Virus record (IMG/VR): IMGVR_UViG_3300037755_001279
Span: 62,510-126,509 of that record
DNA: 64,000 nucleotides
Strand: one strand, 5' to 3'
Source: a virus
Of the stretch, positions 11,361 to 21,125 are shown piece by piece. A program made the position numbers and the translations under genes. The notes beneath the pieces are model-generated. The model searched no databases. It was not told where the DNA came from and saw only the letters and a list, made by a program, of their open reading frames with translations. Position 1 is the stretch's first letter, and each line of letters begins with the position of its first letter.

Positions 11361-12479
11361 ATGCCCCGAAAACACCGTGATGCCGCCAACGGCGCCGATC
11401 GTCCCGAAGCTGCCGCCGCCGGCGACCCCGGGAAAAAAACGCACGCCGAGCGGCTGCCCGGCCACGGCGCGGCCGTGCACCATGAGATGACCGACGTGCC
11501 GCTGGTCGCCCTGGGGCTTTACTGTGAGCGCCCCGAAGCCGCAGATGACACCGAAGGGTGTTTCCTTGCTACCGACCGCGGCCGGCTATTGTTGCAGTCC
11601 GTAGGGCTGTCAGCAGTCGGCTTCACCGCGCGCATTTTCGCTGCGATCCGCGCAGTGCGTGACGAGATCCGCGGCAACCACATTCCCTGGGGCTTGACCC
11701 AGGAGATGGTCTTCATGTGCGTCTCGACAGCGACGGCGTCTCTCCTTGGGTTGACTGCCACCATGGCCGTGGTGGCGGCACGCATCGAAAAGACCGCGGC
11801 GATGCTGGGGAAGGGAGTCCGGTCGGAGATCATGCACGGTGGCAGCACCGCACCGAGTAGTGACGAGGGATTCTTGACGTACCTCGATGACCGCGCCGGC
11901 GCGCTCCCCAACGTCATCATCCAAAGCGTCGCCGCGTCCAGCCTGGACCACCGCGAGATGCTCGCGCTGTACCACGCGCTGAACGACCCGGCGATCGTAA
12001 GTCAAGCTGTGCTTCAACGGCAGATTCACCAACAGCTGCAGCTGTTCCAGATCAACCGCGTTGCACGCGTCGGTGATCGTGTGTTCGGTGATCGTGAGCT
12101 TGCCGCCCCGGTGCTGGTGCGCGACCACCGCCAGACGTACATGACGCTGTGCGAGGCGTTCGGGTTGCGGCACCTTGCCGCAGAGCTAAACGGTGCGAAC
12201 ACAGGCAACACCGAGGAGCCGATCACGATGGAGAGCCTGCACTTCGTGCGCATCGTCGAGCCGTCGATGCACGATTTGATGCTCGCTGCCTGGCGACAGC
12301 GGCGGCCGCATGAACCCGTGCCGCACGTCAACCTCGACACGCGTGACGGACGTGACCACGTGCGCTGGGAGCACACGTTCCGCGCCGAGCTGGAACATCA
12401 CCCGGATCCGTTGAGCCTGGTGTACCAACACCGTGATGACGGTGACGGCGATGTGGTAGCAACGGCGGCGCAGTCGTGA
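11361..12479 (+). CDS. Hypothetical protein with disordered N-terminus bearing a PGKKT motif
   Basis: 372-aa ORF, AAGGAG SD; N-terminal GDPGKKTHAERL. Confidence 0.6.
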   Translation: MPRKHRDAANGADRPEAAAAGDPGKKTHAERLPGHGAAVHHEMTDVPLVALGLYCERPEAADDTEGCFLATDRGRLLLQSVGLSAVGFTARIFAAIRAVRDEIRGNHIPWGLTQEMVFMCVSTATASLLGLTATMAVVAARIEKTAAMLGKGVRSEIMHGGSTAPSSDEGFLTYLDDRAGALPNVIIQSVAASSLDHREMLALYHALNDPAIVSQAVLQRQIHQQLQLFQINRVARVGDRVFGDRELAAPVLVRDHRQTYMTLCEAFGLRHLAAELNGANTGNTEEPITMESLHFVRIVEPSMHDLMLAAWRQRRPHEPVPHVNLDTRDGRDHVRWEHTFRAELEHHPDPLSLVYQHRDDGDGDVVATAAQS

Positions 12480-12880
12480 AGTTGTCAACGCACAGAAACA
12501 GGTTGACTGCAACCCTGTATATCAGCGCTCTTGTAGCCTGCGTCGTCGGCATCATCCTGCCGTACATCGTCGTCGTCAAAGAATCCGCACACGCAGACCA
12601 CCTCGCCGCACAAATGGTGCAGATGCGGGACACACGCGCGGTACTTTGTCGTACGGCTGCCGTTCGGCTCGGCACCGGAGCCACGGCCGCGGCGCTGTTC
12701 GAGGCGGCTGCGTACGCGCCCGGTTGCCTCCGCACAGTCCCTGACAGCGTGACGAGCGCGATCAACCAGACGCTGACATCCGCGGAAACACCGCAGGTCG
12801 CTGTGCGCGCCGCAATGCTAGACTTGCGCGCCGCGTTTGCTGCTGCCGCAGCAGACGGCTGGCCGCTGCCGCCCAAATAA
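12476..12880 (+). CDS. Membrane protein, single N-terminal TM helix
   Basis: Hydrophobic stretch TLYISALVACVVGIILPYIVVV. Confidence 0.55.
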   Translation: MKLSTHRNRLTATLYISALVACVVGIILPYIVVVKESAHADHLAAQMVQMRDTRAVLCRTAAVRLGTGATAAALFEAAAYAPGCLRTVPDSVTSAINQTLTSAETPQVAVRAAMLDLRAAFAAAAADGWPLPPK

Positions 12881-12881
12881 C

Positions 12882-13832
12882 ATGGCCAAGACCATCGATC
12901 TCCTCGGGCTCGTCAAACGAGCCAACAGCCTGCGCCCCAACACCAAGCGGGCGTACAGCAACGCCGTGCGCCAGTGGATCGACTTCGCCGGCGACTCACC
13001 TGCGGCGTGGACCGTCGAGAATGCGCAGGCGTTCTACGACAAGCTCTTGGCTGACGGCATCGCCGTGGCGACGGCCAACAATATGATCACCGGCGGCCTG
13101 TCATACGTCTTCGGGCGTGCTGCGGCGCTGTACCCGGGCGTTGTCGCCGACATCACCGTCGCCGTTGACCGCGCCAAGGATCTGGACGAGGACGCGCGCA
13201 GTCGACCGCTCGCGCTTCACGCGCCACAGGCTCAAGCGCTGTTGACCGCCTGCGATGGACCGCGGCTGATCGACATGCGCGACCGCGCCATGGCGGTGAT
13301 CGGGCTGTACACCGGGATGCGCGTGATGTCCTTGGTGGACATCCACACAGATCGCGTCCATCAGCATCACAACTTCGTCCTGATCAGCGTGGTGCAAAAA
13401 GGCGGCAAGCCGTATCGCGTGCCGCTCGACAACCGCGCCTGGGCGCTCACCGAGAATTATCGCAAGTCGCTGCAGCGCACGCGCGGCAATGCCGGCCCAC
13501 TCTTTCCTGGGCTGCGATCACAGCTCATCCCGGGCGGCATCACCGAGGTCGTCGGCGAAGGCCTCACCGATAACGGCGCCTACAAGGCGCTCGCCCGGCG
13601 CGCTGACAAGGCGCACCTGAGCCACTTCCACCCGCACTTGTTCCGACACACGTTCGCGACGTGGTGCCGCAGCGCCAAGATCGAGGACTACTTGATCGAG
13701 GTCGTCACCGGGCACAAGAGCAACCGCGGCCTGGTGCACCGCGTGTACACCGACGAGACGCAGCTGCACGACGAAGTCACGACACGCTGCTACGAAGCAA
13801 TGTCCGCGCGATTGACGGAGCTGAAGCCGTGA
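12882..13832 (+). CDS. Tyrosine recombinase/integrase (XerC/D-like)
   Basis: Catalytic set R (TGMR), K (QKGGK), HxxR (HLFRH), H (TGH), Y (RVY); N-terminal SAM-like domain. Confidence 0.9.
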   Translation: MAKTIDLLGLVKRANSLRPNTKRAYSNAVRQWIDFAGDSPAAWTVENAQAFYDKLLADGIAVATANNMITGGLSYVFGRAAALYPGVVADITVAVDRAKDLDEDARSRPLALHAPQAQALLTACDGPRLIDMRDRAMAVIGLYTGMRVMSLVDIHTDRVHQHHNFVLISVVQKGGKPYRVPLDNRAWALTENYRKSLQRTRGNAGPLFPGLRSQLIPGGITEVVGEGLTDNGAYKALARRADKAHLSHFHPHLFRHTFATWCRSAKIEDYLIEVVTGHKSNRGLVHRVYTDETQLHDEVTTRCYEAMSARLTELKP

Positions 13833-14179
13833 CGCCAGCGCAGATCCGACGCCTGCGTGGGGCACTCGGCCTACGGCAGGATCAATTCGGCCAACTCCTG
13901 GGCCTGCACTCAGCAACGATTTCGCGCTGGGAGTCCGACGTGTCGCCGATCGCGCCCAGCGCCTGGCAACAAGAGATCCTGGCGACCATACAAGAGGCCC
14001 TGCAGCACCGCCCTGCCGTCGTCGATGAGGCGATCGGATTCCTCGGCGCCAGGCAGCCCGGCCTGGCGCTCGGGGCACTGCTCGGCGCGGCGGCCTCCGC
14101 CAGACCCGCACCGCCGGTGCGTCGAGCTACGGGGCGTCGCGCCCCACGTGGCCCACGGCAAAAGAAGCCGAAGCCATGA
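13829..14179 (+). CDS. XRE-family HTH transcriptional regulator
   Basis: IRRLRGALGLRQDQFGQLLGLHSATISRWE; GTGA overlap with the recombinase stop. Confidence 0.8.
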   Translation: MTPAQIRRLRGALGLRQDQFGQLLGLHSATISRWESDVSPIAPSAWQQEILATIQEALQHRPAVVDEAIGFLGARQPGLALGALLGAAASARPAPPVRRATGRRAPRGPRQKKPKP

Positions 14180-15953
14180 GCCGCTGGATGGAGTTGTTCG
14201 ACTGGCGCTTCGATCGTATCCCAGCGCCGGAAATCGACGATGGGCCACGTGTGCGCCGCGGTGCACCGCCGGCTATGGCACCGGACACGGAGTGGCCTTC
14301 CAAGTGCCCGGGGTGCGGTACGTGGCGTTTTATCTCGCGCATGACCGCGCCGTACTGCGGGCCAGCACGCCTGCCGCCGGTTGTCAAAGGACCGTATCGA
14401 TGATGTCACAGCAGCGTCGGCACGCGATCTCGCGCCGCATGAAAGACCTTGCAGTGCGCCGGCAATGCCCAGAGTGCGGTCGAAAAAACGCGATGCTGCG
14501 GTCACGCAGTACCGACGGGACGGTGACCATCAAGAAATGCCGCTGGTGCGGCTTCTTGAAGGAATGGCACCTGCCGATGCCCTGAGCCCGTCGGACCCCT
14601 GAGCTAGGAAGAAAATGACGTACATCAAAGAGCTGTCAGTGATCGTCAAGTTGCATACCAACAAGGACGACGACGTGCGCGCCGTGGCGCTTCTTGAAGG
14701 CGAGTCGATCGACGATTTCAAGAAGCGCGTGTGTGCGATGATCGAAAGGATGTTGTCCGAAAGGATGCTGCCCGAATGATCCGCAGCTGCACCTGCGGCG
14801 AAGGCCTCGGCGGCCGCTTCGGTGATTTCTGGGTGTACAACGACGCGCCCGCGGCCTGGCGCCACCGGTTGTGCGCCGCCTGCCAGACGTACAAAGACGC
14901 CACGCTCGAAGGTGCCGCGCCGATCTACGGTTCGCAGGTCTGGAAGCGCGTCGTTCTCTGGTTCTTGTACTGGCTGGAGGTGCTATACCTGCGAACCAGC
15001 GGCTGGTACCGGCTGCCAAGCGATGCCGACCACTGGCAGTCCCCACGCGACTACCCGTTCACGCGCAAGGACCCGTACACCCACGGCCACGCCGTCAACG
15101 CACAGAAACAGGTCGACGGCAACCCGCGCTACCGTCGGTTGGCTGACGCTGCGCGCAAACTCCGAGAGAAAGCCGATGCCTGAACACAAGATCCGGCGAC
15201 GCGTATGATCGCCGTCTGGCTGATTCTATTCTCGATTGTCTATTGGGCGATGGTCATCGGGGCGCTAAGCATCATCGAATACCTCAGCGCGCGCCGCGGT
15301 CGAGGCAAGCCGTCGGACCCCTGAGTTATGCTCGCCTGCCATGCGCCTGCCGATGCCCTTGACCAACGCTGAGAGCGTGACGCTGCGCAAGGCACTCGAC
15401 GGTGCCGTCGACGAAGCACAGCGCCTATTCCTGGCCACGACGGTGATCGTAGACCCCACGAACGGAACGCCGCTAGGTGGACCTGACCCGCGCGCGGTCG
15501 ACGCCGAGGTCTTGCTGTGGCTGGCCCGGCGGCTGGCGCGCAGCGGCCTGGACCTGGTCGGCGCGGCTGCGTTCGAGGCCAAGATCGCGGAGCTGGAGGG
15601 TGCGCTTGCCAACGCCGGACCACCGATTTGACACCGACTTGATCCTCTGGCATGAGGCGCTCGCCGCCCGCGGCATCGTCGTGACGACGTTCAAGTGGAT
15701 GGTGTTTCACGCGGTCGTTGGCATCATCGGCACCAGCCCGCTGCGGACGGTGTACGGCGCACCGGCGCGTATTGAAACGCCTGCGTGGACCTTCACGGTG
15801 CCGTACGGCGATACAACGGTAGCCCGAGTCTGGCAGGACATGACCCGTCCGCCATTCATGGTGAAGCTCTTCATCGGCGGGCGCACTGCGTACACACGGG
15901 CGCCTGCTGACATTCTGGACGACGTCTTACGAATGGTGGTAGCCTAAGTCACC

Positions 15954-16631
15954 ATGCACACGTACGACGCCCTGGGCGCCACCACCGCCAGCTTCGTGTG
16001 TGGATCCAGCGGCACGTGCACCGGATCCACGCGCGCCACGCAAGAAGCCTTCATCGCGCTGCAGACCCAGATCAACCGGGTCGGCGTGAGCTACGGCATC
16101 ACCAAGATCGCCACGGACGGCAAGATCGGACCGTTGACGCTGCGCGCCATGACCAACCTGGCACGGGGGTTGGCGGCGAAGCTCGGCGGCAACCTCGACC
16201 CGATCGTCGAAGAGCTGATCATCGAGGATCCGACCCACCCGGTTACCACCGCGGACCTGGCCATCAACGCCGAGCGACTCGCCGCGGCGCTACAGCGTGA
16301 CGGCACGCGCGCCGAGACCTGGGGCCCGCTGAACACCATCCGTGAAATCGCCCAGCAGATCGTCGCGGCCGGCGGCGCCGCACCGCAGGTACCGCCGATC
16401 TCCGCCGGCGTGCCGCTGGACCCCTACCGGTCAACCACCGTGCCGCAGCCGCCGGCGACGCCGTACCCCGCCACCGCGCCGAACCTGTGGGCCTACGTGC
16501 CGCCGACAAGCGGGCAAAGCCCGGCGCCGTACATCACGGCGCTGCCCCGGCTGTCACCCCTGTGGATCGCGATCGGCGTCGGCGCCCTGGCGCTGTTCGG
16601 CGGTGTCGTGGCGGCCGTCGCGCGGCGGTAG
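15954..16631 (+). CDS. Membrane-anchored protein with peptidoglycan-binding-like motif; candidate virion membrane protein
   Basis: ALQTQIN...DGKIGPLT, Pro-rich linker, C-terminal TM followed by RR. Confidence 0.55.
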   Translation: MHTYDALGATTASFVCGSSGTCTGSTRATQEAFIALQTQINRVGVSYGITKIATDGKIGPLTLRAMTNLARGLAAKLGGNLDPIVEELIIEDPTHPVTTADLAINAERLAAALQRDGTRAETWGPLNTIREIAQQIVAAGGAAPQVPPISAGVPLDPYRSTTVPQPPATPYPATAPNLWAYVPPTSGQSPAPYITALPRLSPLWIAIGVGALALFGGVVAAVARR

Positions 16632-17054
16632 GCCGATCGCGGCGCGCTGCATGGTGTTCAGCATCGCCGCCCACGTCCCAGAATCGAGCCCCGACGCGGC
16701 GAACAGGCGCGCGAGGATGCCCACCATGACCCCGGCGTCGTCCTCGTCAAAGTATTCGGTGAGCGCGGTCACCATGTCCTCGGACAACTGACAGCTCGCC
16801 GGGTCTGGGCACTCACCGGCATCGTTCAAGATCTCGTTGTGCGCAGTCGTGATGGCGATCAGCGTGTTCCACAATGCCGACGCCGCGCCGAACCCAAGCC
16901 AGCCGGTCATGACGGCGAACGCGCCGCCAACGAGGGACATCGCGAAGTGCTGCACCGGGTCTTCACCATCACCTGCGCCCGGCACCGCTGGGAACTTGCC
17001 CGTTACGGCACTCCGGGCCACTCGTTGAAACGCGGCGCGGTCGAGATCATCCAT
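16554..17054 (-). CDS. Hypothetical protein
   Basis: MDDLDRAAF start lies 8 nt after the -10 of the conserved promoter at 17063-17084. Confidence 0.55.
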   Translation of the reverse strand: MDDLDRAAFQRVARSAVTGKFPAVPGAGDGEDPVQHFAMSLVGGAFAVMTGWLGFGAASALWNTLIAITTAHNEILNDAGECPDPASCQLSEDMVTALTEYFDEDDAGVMVGILARLFAASGLDSGTWAAMLNTMQRAAIGLPPRDGRHDTAEQRQGADADRDPQG

Positions 17055-17062
17055 AGGCCGGC

Positions 17063-17093
17063 AGCCTACCACGTCGGACCGACATGCTAGCGT
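17063..17093. promoter_or_regulatory. Bidirectional pair of YGTCGG-N7-TGnTAnnnT promoters
   Basis: + CGTCGG-ACCGACA-TG-C-TAGCGT (17072-17093); - TGTCGG-TCCGACG-TG-G-TAGGCT (17084-17063). Confidence 0.7.
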
Positions 17094-17103
17094 CCCAAGC
17101 TGC

Positions 17104-17448
17104 ATGACCAAGACCAAGTCCGACAGCCTGACCATCGAGATCACCGACGACAACTTCGATGCCGAGGTGCTCAAGTCGGCCATCCCCGTCCTCATCGACG
17201 CCTGGGCGACCTGGTGCGGGCCCTGCAAGCACCTGGCACCGACGATCGACGCACTGGCGGACCAGTACGCCGGTAAGCTCAAGGTCGGCAAGGTCGACGT
17301 CGACGCTAACCACGACACGGCGAAGGCGCTGCGCGTCAGCTCGATCCCGGCACTGTTCATCTTCAAGGACGGCCTGGTGGTGTGGAGCTTCGTCGGCGCT
17401 GCGCCGAAGGCCAAAATCGACGCGGCGATCAAGGCGGCGCTGGCTTAG
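17104..17448 (+). CDS. trxA: Thioredoxin
   Basis: WATWCGPC active site, cis-Pro SIP motif, 114 aa. Confidence 0.95.
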   Translation: MTKTKSDSLTIEITDDNFDAEVLKSAIPVLIDAWATWCGPCKHLAPTIDALADQYAGKLKVGKVDVDANHDTAKALRVSSIPALFIFKDGLVVWSFVGAAPKAKIDAAIKAALA

Positions 17449-17975
17449 CTGTGCCGCCAGTCGATGGTGCAGCTGACCGCGATCCCTAGTCCGATGCCGA
17501 GGGCGAGTTTGGCGGCGAGTGAGAGATCGAGCGGCCATGTCTCAATGAAATAGGCGAACGAGATCACCACGAGCACGAGAAGCCAATCAAGAAAGTCGCG
17601 TGGCATCGTCACGCCGCCGCCGTTTTGAAATCGGCATCCGACGGCCACGGCGCCCATTGATCACCTTGCAACGCTGACTCCGGGATACCCGACACCGGGT
17701 GCCACGCCGTCCACACCGCCGGGCCGCGGCTCGCGCGCGAGTAGAACGTCACCAAGCCGTCGCGCAGCACGACGGCGTACTCACGCACTGCCGACGTGCG
17801 GACGGTGGCTGGACATTTGGCTTGTTGGAGAGCCTGGGCGAACGTCATGACGTCTTCACCGTCCCGTGCTCGACCGTTTCGCACCTGAAGTAGCCGTCGC
17901 TGTACAGCCACCAGCAGACGAAGTAGTACCGGCCGCGGCGGATGCCGCTGTCGATCAACGCGCGGCTTGACACAG

Positions 17976-18049
17976 TTGCGGGGACAGGATTTGAACCTGT
18001 GACCTTCGGGATATGAGCCCGACGAGCTACCAGACCGCTCCACCCCGCA
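17976..18049 (-). tRNA. tRNA-Met(CAT), initiator type, no encoded CCA
   Basis: TGCGGGG acceptor, TCGGG-CTCATAT-CCCGA anticodon arm with three G-C pairs, TTCAAAT T-loop. Confidence 0.92.
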
Positions 18050-18055
18050 GCGAAA

Positions 18056-18379
18056 AATCGTGTGCTCTATGCTGGCTGTCGAAGTTGGCGAGGCTGCCAC
18101 CCCTCGCAAGGTCACCGTTCATTCGCGTTATTCAGTCATGCGGTGGACGTCTCCACCAACCCAGGCAGTCACTGGTGTATTTTTTTACCCGGGGCGCCGG
18201 TCTTCGCGGGCCATCGTTCTCACGACCCTTGCGCACCTTACGCTACTAGATTGGCGACCTGCCGCTCAAGATGTCTGAGCGCACCTTCCCCTCGTGACAG
18301 GGGACGTTCGGTCACACCCGCACGCCGAGATTGTTCAAGCCTCGACGGCGTTTCGGCAGCCAGCTCACAGCACACGATT
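18056..18379 (-). ncRNA. Candidate ~324-nt structured ncRNA immediately upstream of tRNA-Met
   Basis: Ends pair (AATCGTGTGCT/AGCACACGATT and GCTGGCTG/CAGCCAGC); at least four internal hairpins; boxA-like TTGAAAACTGAAT at the 5' edge; no convincing ORF. Confidence 0.65.
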
Positions 18380-18478
18380 CAGTTTTCAAGCTCGACCTAC
18401 GGCCCGAGCAAGAGGACCCTCGCATACGCGAACGCCGACGTCAAGCGCCGCGGTCAGGAAGGCGCGCTAGCTTCTGCA

Positions 18479-18625
18479 TCACCGCCGCCGGCGCCGTCGC
18501 CGGCTACCTTGCAAGCGCGGCGAATACGCCGACGCGTTGCGGGCCGCACGGCCGCGCGGGGCCTTCTTGCACTTGCGGCGCTTGGTGGGGTGCTTGAGTT
18601 TGCCGTATCGACAGGAAGTTGCCAT
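18479..18625 (-). CDS. Small basic protein ending LQG-SRRRRRRR (48 aa)
   Basis: Manual translation MATSCRYGKLKHPTKRRKCKKAPRGRAARNASAYSPRLQGSRRRRRRR; TGATAGGCT ends 6 nt before the ATG. Confidence 0.7.
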   Translation of the reverse strand: MATSCRYGKLKHPTKRRKCKKAPRGRAARNASAYSPRLQGSRRRRRRR

Positions 18626-18629
18626 GGCG

Positions 18630-19064
18630 TCAGCCTATCACAGCCTCGGCGAGCGGGTCTAGCTCTAGCTGTTTCGCGATGTTGCGACGCTGCTGTTCGT
18701 CGGCGGCTGCGTCGAGGACGGCGTAGAACGTGTTGATGTCGGCCTCGTCCCAACGCTCATCGACGCGCAGCTGTAGCGAAGCGAGCGGCACCGCGACGAC
18801 GTCAACCAGGTCTTGGTCAGTGATCACGCGATCGGGCGCGACCTCCAGTTGCCCGATGGACCAGCCGTTGCCGCAGACACCGTTGTACAGCGGTGAGTAG
18901 GTTCCAAAGCCACCGTCGAACGGATCGACGTCGTCTGTAGATAACACCACTGCGTCTCGGTCGAGCGCGTCGTTCGGCGGCAGGTGCAGCAACGCGTCAT
19001 CAACGTCCCGCATGTGCGCTCGGTCGACGTACTGCCGGCGGTGATCATCACGGTTCCAGCTCAC
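18630..19064 (-). CDS. Hypothetical protein, LDAAxxEQxRR family
   Basis: 144-aa ORF containing VLDAAADEQQRR. Confidence 0.6.
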   Translation of the reverse strand: MSWNRDDHRRQYVDRAHMRDVDDALLHLPPNDALDRDAVVLSTDDVDPFDGGFGTYSPLYNGVCGNGWSIGQLEVAPDRVITDQDLVDVVAVPLASLQLRVDERWDEADINTFYAVLDAAADEQQRRNIAKQLELDPLAEAVIG

Positions 19065-19312
19065 GGCGCAGCCTGCCTTGCAGCGTCTCGGCGCTGTTGT
19101 TCGGCTTCGGCAGCGCGTAAGACGCTTGCCATGGCATCGATGTTGCCGCCGACCACGCTCACGGTTTGTTGCAGATCTAGATCAAAATGCTTGTACAGCC
19201 AGCGCACGGACCAGTGCACGCGTTCACCGTCGAATCCATTCGCGTCGTACCCGGGCAGGTCAGGAGGCGCCGCGCCAGTGGGCAGGAACACAGGGTATGG
19301 CAGGGGCGTCAT
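19061..19312 (-). CDS. Hypothetical protein, LDAAxxEQxRR family
   Basis: 83-aa ORF containing VLRAAEAEQQRR; coupled to both neighbours. Confidence 0.55.
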   Translation of the reverse strand: MTPLPYPVFLPTGAAPPDLPGYDANGFDGERVHWSVRWLYKHFDLDLQQTVSVVGGNIDAMASVLRAAEAEQQRRDAARQAAP

Positions 19313-21063
19313 GACACCACGAGCATGTTCACGGACCGCCCGGCGTGCTCAACGGTCGACGCGTCGACTCGTGCGGCGTCGTCACCGGCGTCGAGATCAC
19401 GCCGTTGCAGCTCGACCCATCCCTTGCGTTGAAAGAGCAAGAGCATCGGCGCCAGGCGCTTGAGCGGGATGCCGACCTCATCGGCAAGGTCCGCCAGGTA
19501 AACTTTCTTGGTGAAAGCGCCGTGGCTCTTGCCGCGTGCGGCGAGCGCTGCCGCCGCGGCGTTCACCCTGTCCGCCGTCGCCTTGAGCAGCGGAACGCGG
19601 TCCGGGTCAGAGTCGTCGGTTGGCACATCGACGGTGACCGTGCCAAGGGCGAGCGCCTCGGCATCCAACCGTCGGCGCGCTGCGTCGACAGGATCCTGCG
19701 GTTCGGCTGCCTGCAACCGCGCGATCAGCTTGTCGGCGACCGCCGCCGGGATCGTTCGATCGCGCTCGTGCTCGACGTCGGCCGCCAACGTTGCCAAGCG
19801 ATTTTGCCAACCCACGGCCGGCTTACGTTTGTTGAGTACGTCGAGGACGCGCTTGACCAGCTTCTGGCCTCGGTCGTGCACGAGGCCGCCGTCGATAAGC
19901 GTCGGGCCGCGGCCGCGCACCATCACCCAGCTGTTCGGCTTGCGCTCTGGTGCACTGAAGCCGTACGGCGCCATGACTTTGTAGAGCGCGTCGCTGAGGT
20001 CATAGACCTTGCTCTCCTGGGTCCACTTCAACGGCTGGCCGCGGACGCACTCACGTACGATCACGTCGTTGGACTCATCGTAGCGCTTGAACCGTGCGAC
20101 GTGTTCGCGCGCACCCGGGATCTTGTTGGCCTGCTCGAAGAATGCAGCTTCGAGCGCCAGCGAACCGCGGCCAGGTCGCCCGACCTTGTAGGCGGTGCCC
20201 CCATCACAGAACACAATGCCCTCGGCACCGGCGCCCATGTACTCCAACTCGCCGGACGCCCCGGCCTTACCGGCACGTTCAACGGCACCAGGCAGCTCAT
20301 CGGCTAGAACATCACGATCACGCTGCGGCACGGTATCATCGCGCAGGGTCGCCGGCGCGCCCTGTAACGGTCGCCGGGTTGCCACCCGGCCCAAGCCATT
20401 GAGCTGTCGGCGACGGCGGATCACCCAGGCCACGCCGGCGAGCGCGACCGCTGCAACCGCCGCCGCCGCCGGAATGCTCCAACGCACGCCGGTGACCGCA
20501 GGCATGAGACCGGCGCGCACGCGGTCTCGTGCCTGCAACCAGGCGTCAGCCAGCCGCTTGCCCTGGACCGCGGCACCGGCCGTGCTGAAATGCACGCCGT
20601 CACCTGACCGGCCCTGCAAATCGGCCGTGAGCGGGCGCCAGTCGATGACGCGCGAAGCCCCGAACACGGCGACCAGGGTGGTGTAAACCTGCGGCGTCTT
20701 TGACTGCAGGTCGACGCGCGCGAAGCTCGGGGGCCCGACGGCCCACAGCTCTGCGCTGTGAAACGCTGCCGCGATCCGAGCGAACGCCACCTGGTCGGCG
20801 CTCGCGCTCATCCCGAGGTCGTTGGTCCCAAGCATCACGATGACGATGTCGGGTTGCCAGGCGGCTTCCGTCGTCGCCACGGCAGCGCCGTCCTCACCGT
20901 TCTTGCCGGACCAGAAATTGACGGCGCTGCGTGAGACCTTGCCGTTGACGCGGACGGTTGCACCGGCGGCGCGCAGCAGCGCCGCCAGTACGCCACCGGG
21001 GGTGTTCGCCCCGGCCGACAGCGAGTCGCCGAGGATGAGGATTTTCTTGCCGCGGATGCTCAT
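19309..21063 (-). CDS. Multidomain protein: SGNH/GDSL hydrolase, TM helix, kinase-like domain, wHTH-like domain
   Basis: ILGDSLS, LGTND, DGVH; TM then RRRR-QLNGLG; YMGAGAEGIVF...AYKV...ERKPNSW...LIDGG; start could be 21063 or 21090. Confidence 0.75.
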   Translation of the reverse strand: MSIRGKKILILGDSLSAGANTPGGVLAALLRAAGATVRVNGKVSRSAVNFWSGKNGEDGAAVATTEAAWQPDIVIVMLGTNDLGMSASADQVAFARIAAAFHSAELWAVGPPSFARVDLQSKTPQVYTTLVAVFGASRVIDWRPLTADLQGRSGDGVHFSTAGAAVQGKRLADAWLQARDRVRAGLMPAVTGVRWSIPAAAAVAAVALAGVAWVIRRRRQLNGLGRVATRRPLQGAPATLRDDTVPQRDRDVLADELPGAVERAGKAGASGELEYMGAGAEGIVFCDGGTAYKVGRPGRGSLALEAAFFEQANKIPGAREHVARFKRYDESNDVIVRECVRGQPLKWTQESKVYDLSDALYKVMAPYGFSAPERKPNSWVMVRGRGPTLIDGGLVHDRGQKLVKRVLDVLNKRKPAVGWQNRLATLAADVEHERDRTIPAAVADKLIARLQAAEPQDPVDAARRRLDAEALALGTVTVDVPTDDSDPDRVPLLKATADRVNAAAAALAARGKSHGAFTKKVYLADLADEVGIPLKRLAPMLLLFQRKGWVELQRRDLDAGDDAARVDASTVEHAGRSVNMLVVS

Positions 21064-21088
21064 GAGGAAAGCCGGCCTGTCAAGCGCC

Positions 21089-21119
21089 ATCCTATCATGA
21101 CGGACCGACGTGGTAGGGT
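21089..21119. promoter_or_regulatory. Bidirectional pair of conserved phage promoters
   Basis: - CGTCGG-N7-TG-A-TAGGAT (21110-21089); + TGACGG-N7-TG-G-TAGGGT (21098-21119). Confidence 0.65.
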
Positions 21120-21125
21120 AGATCG

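Noticed and set aside
18056-18379. Group II intron, RNase P RNA or tmRNA
   Set aside because: No domain V, no GAGGAAAGTCC motif, no tRNA-like ends, and no interrupted gene
19345-20307. Long + strand ORFs here and at 28539-29519, 29521-30702, 33384-34379, 51507-52523, 53441-54511
   Set aside because: All lie opposite better-supported genes and have no motifs of their own
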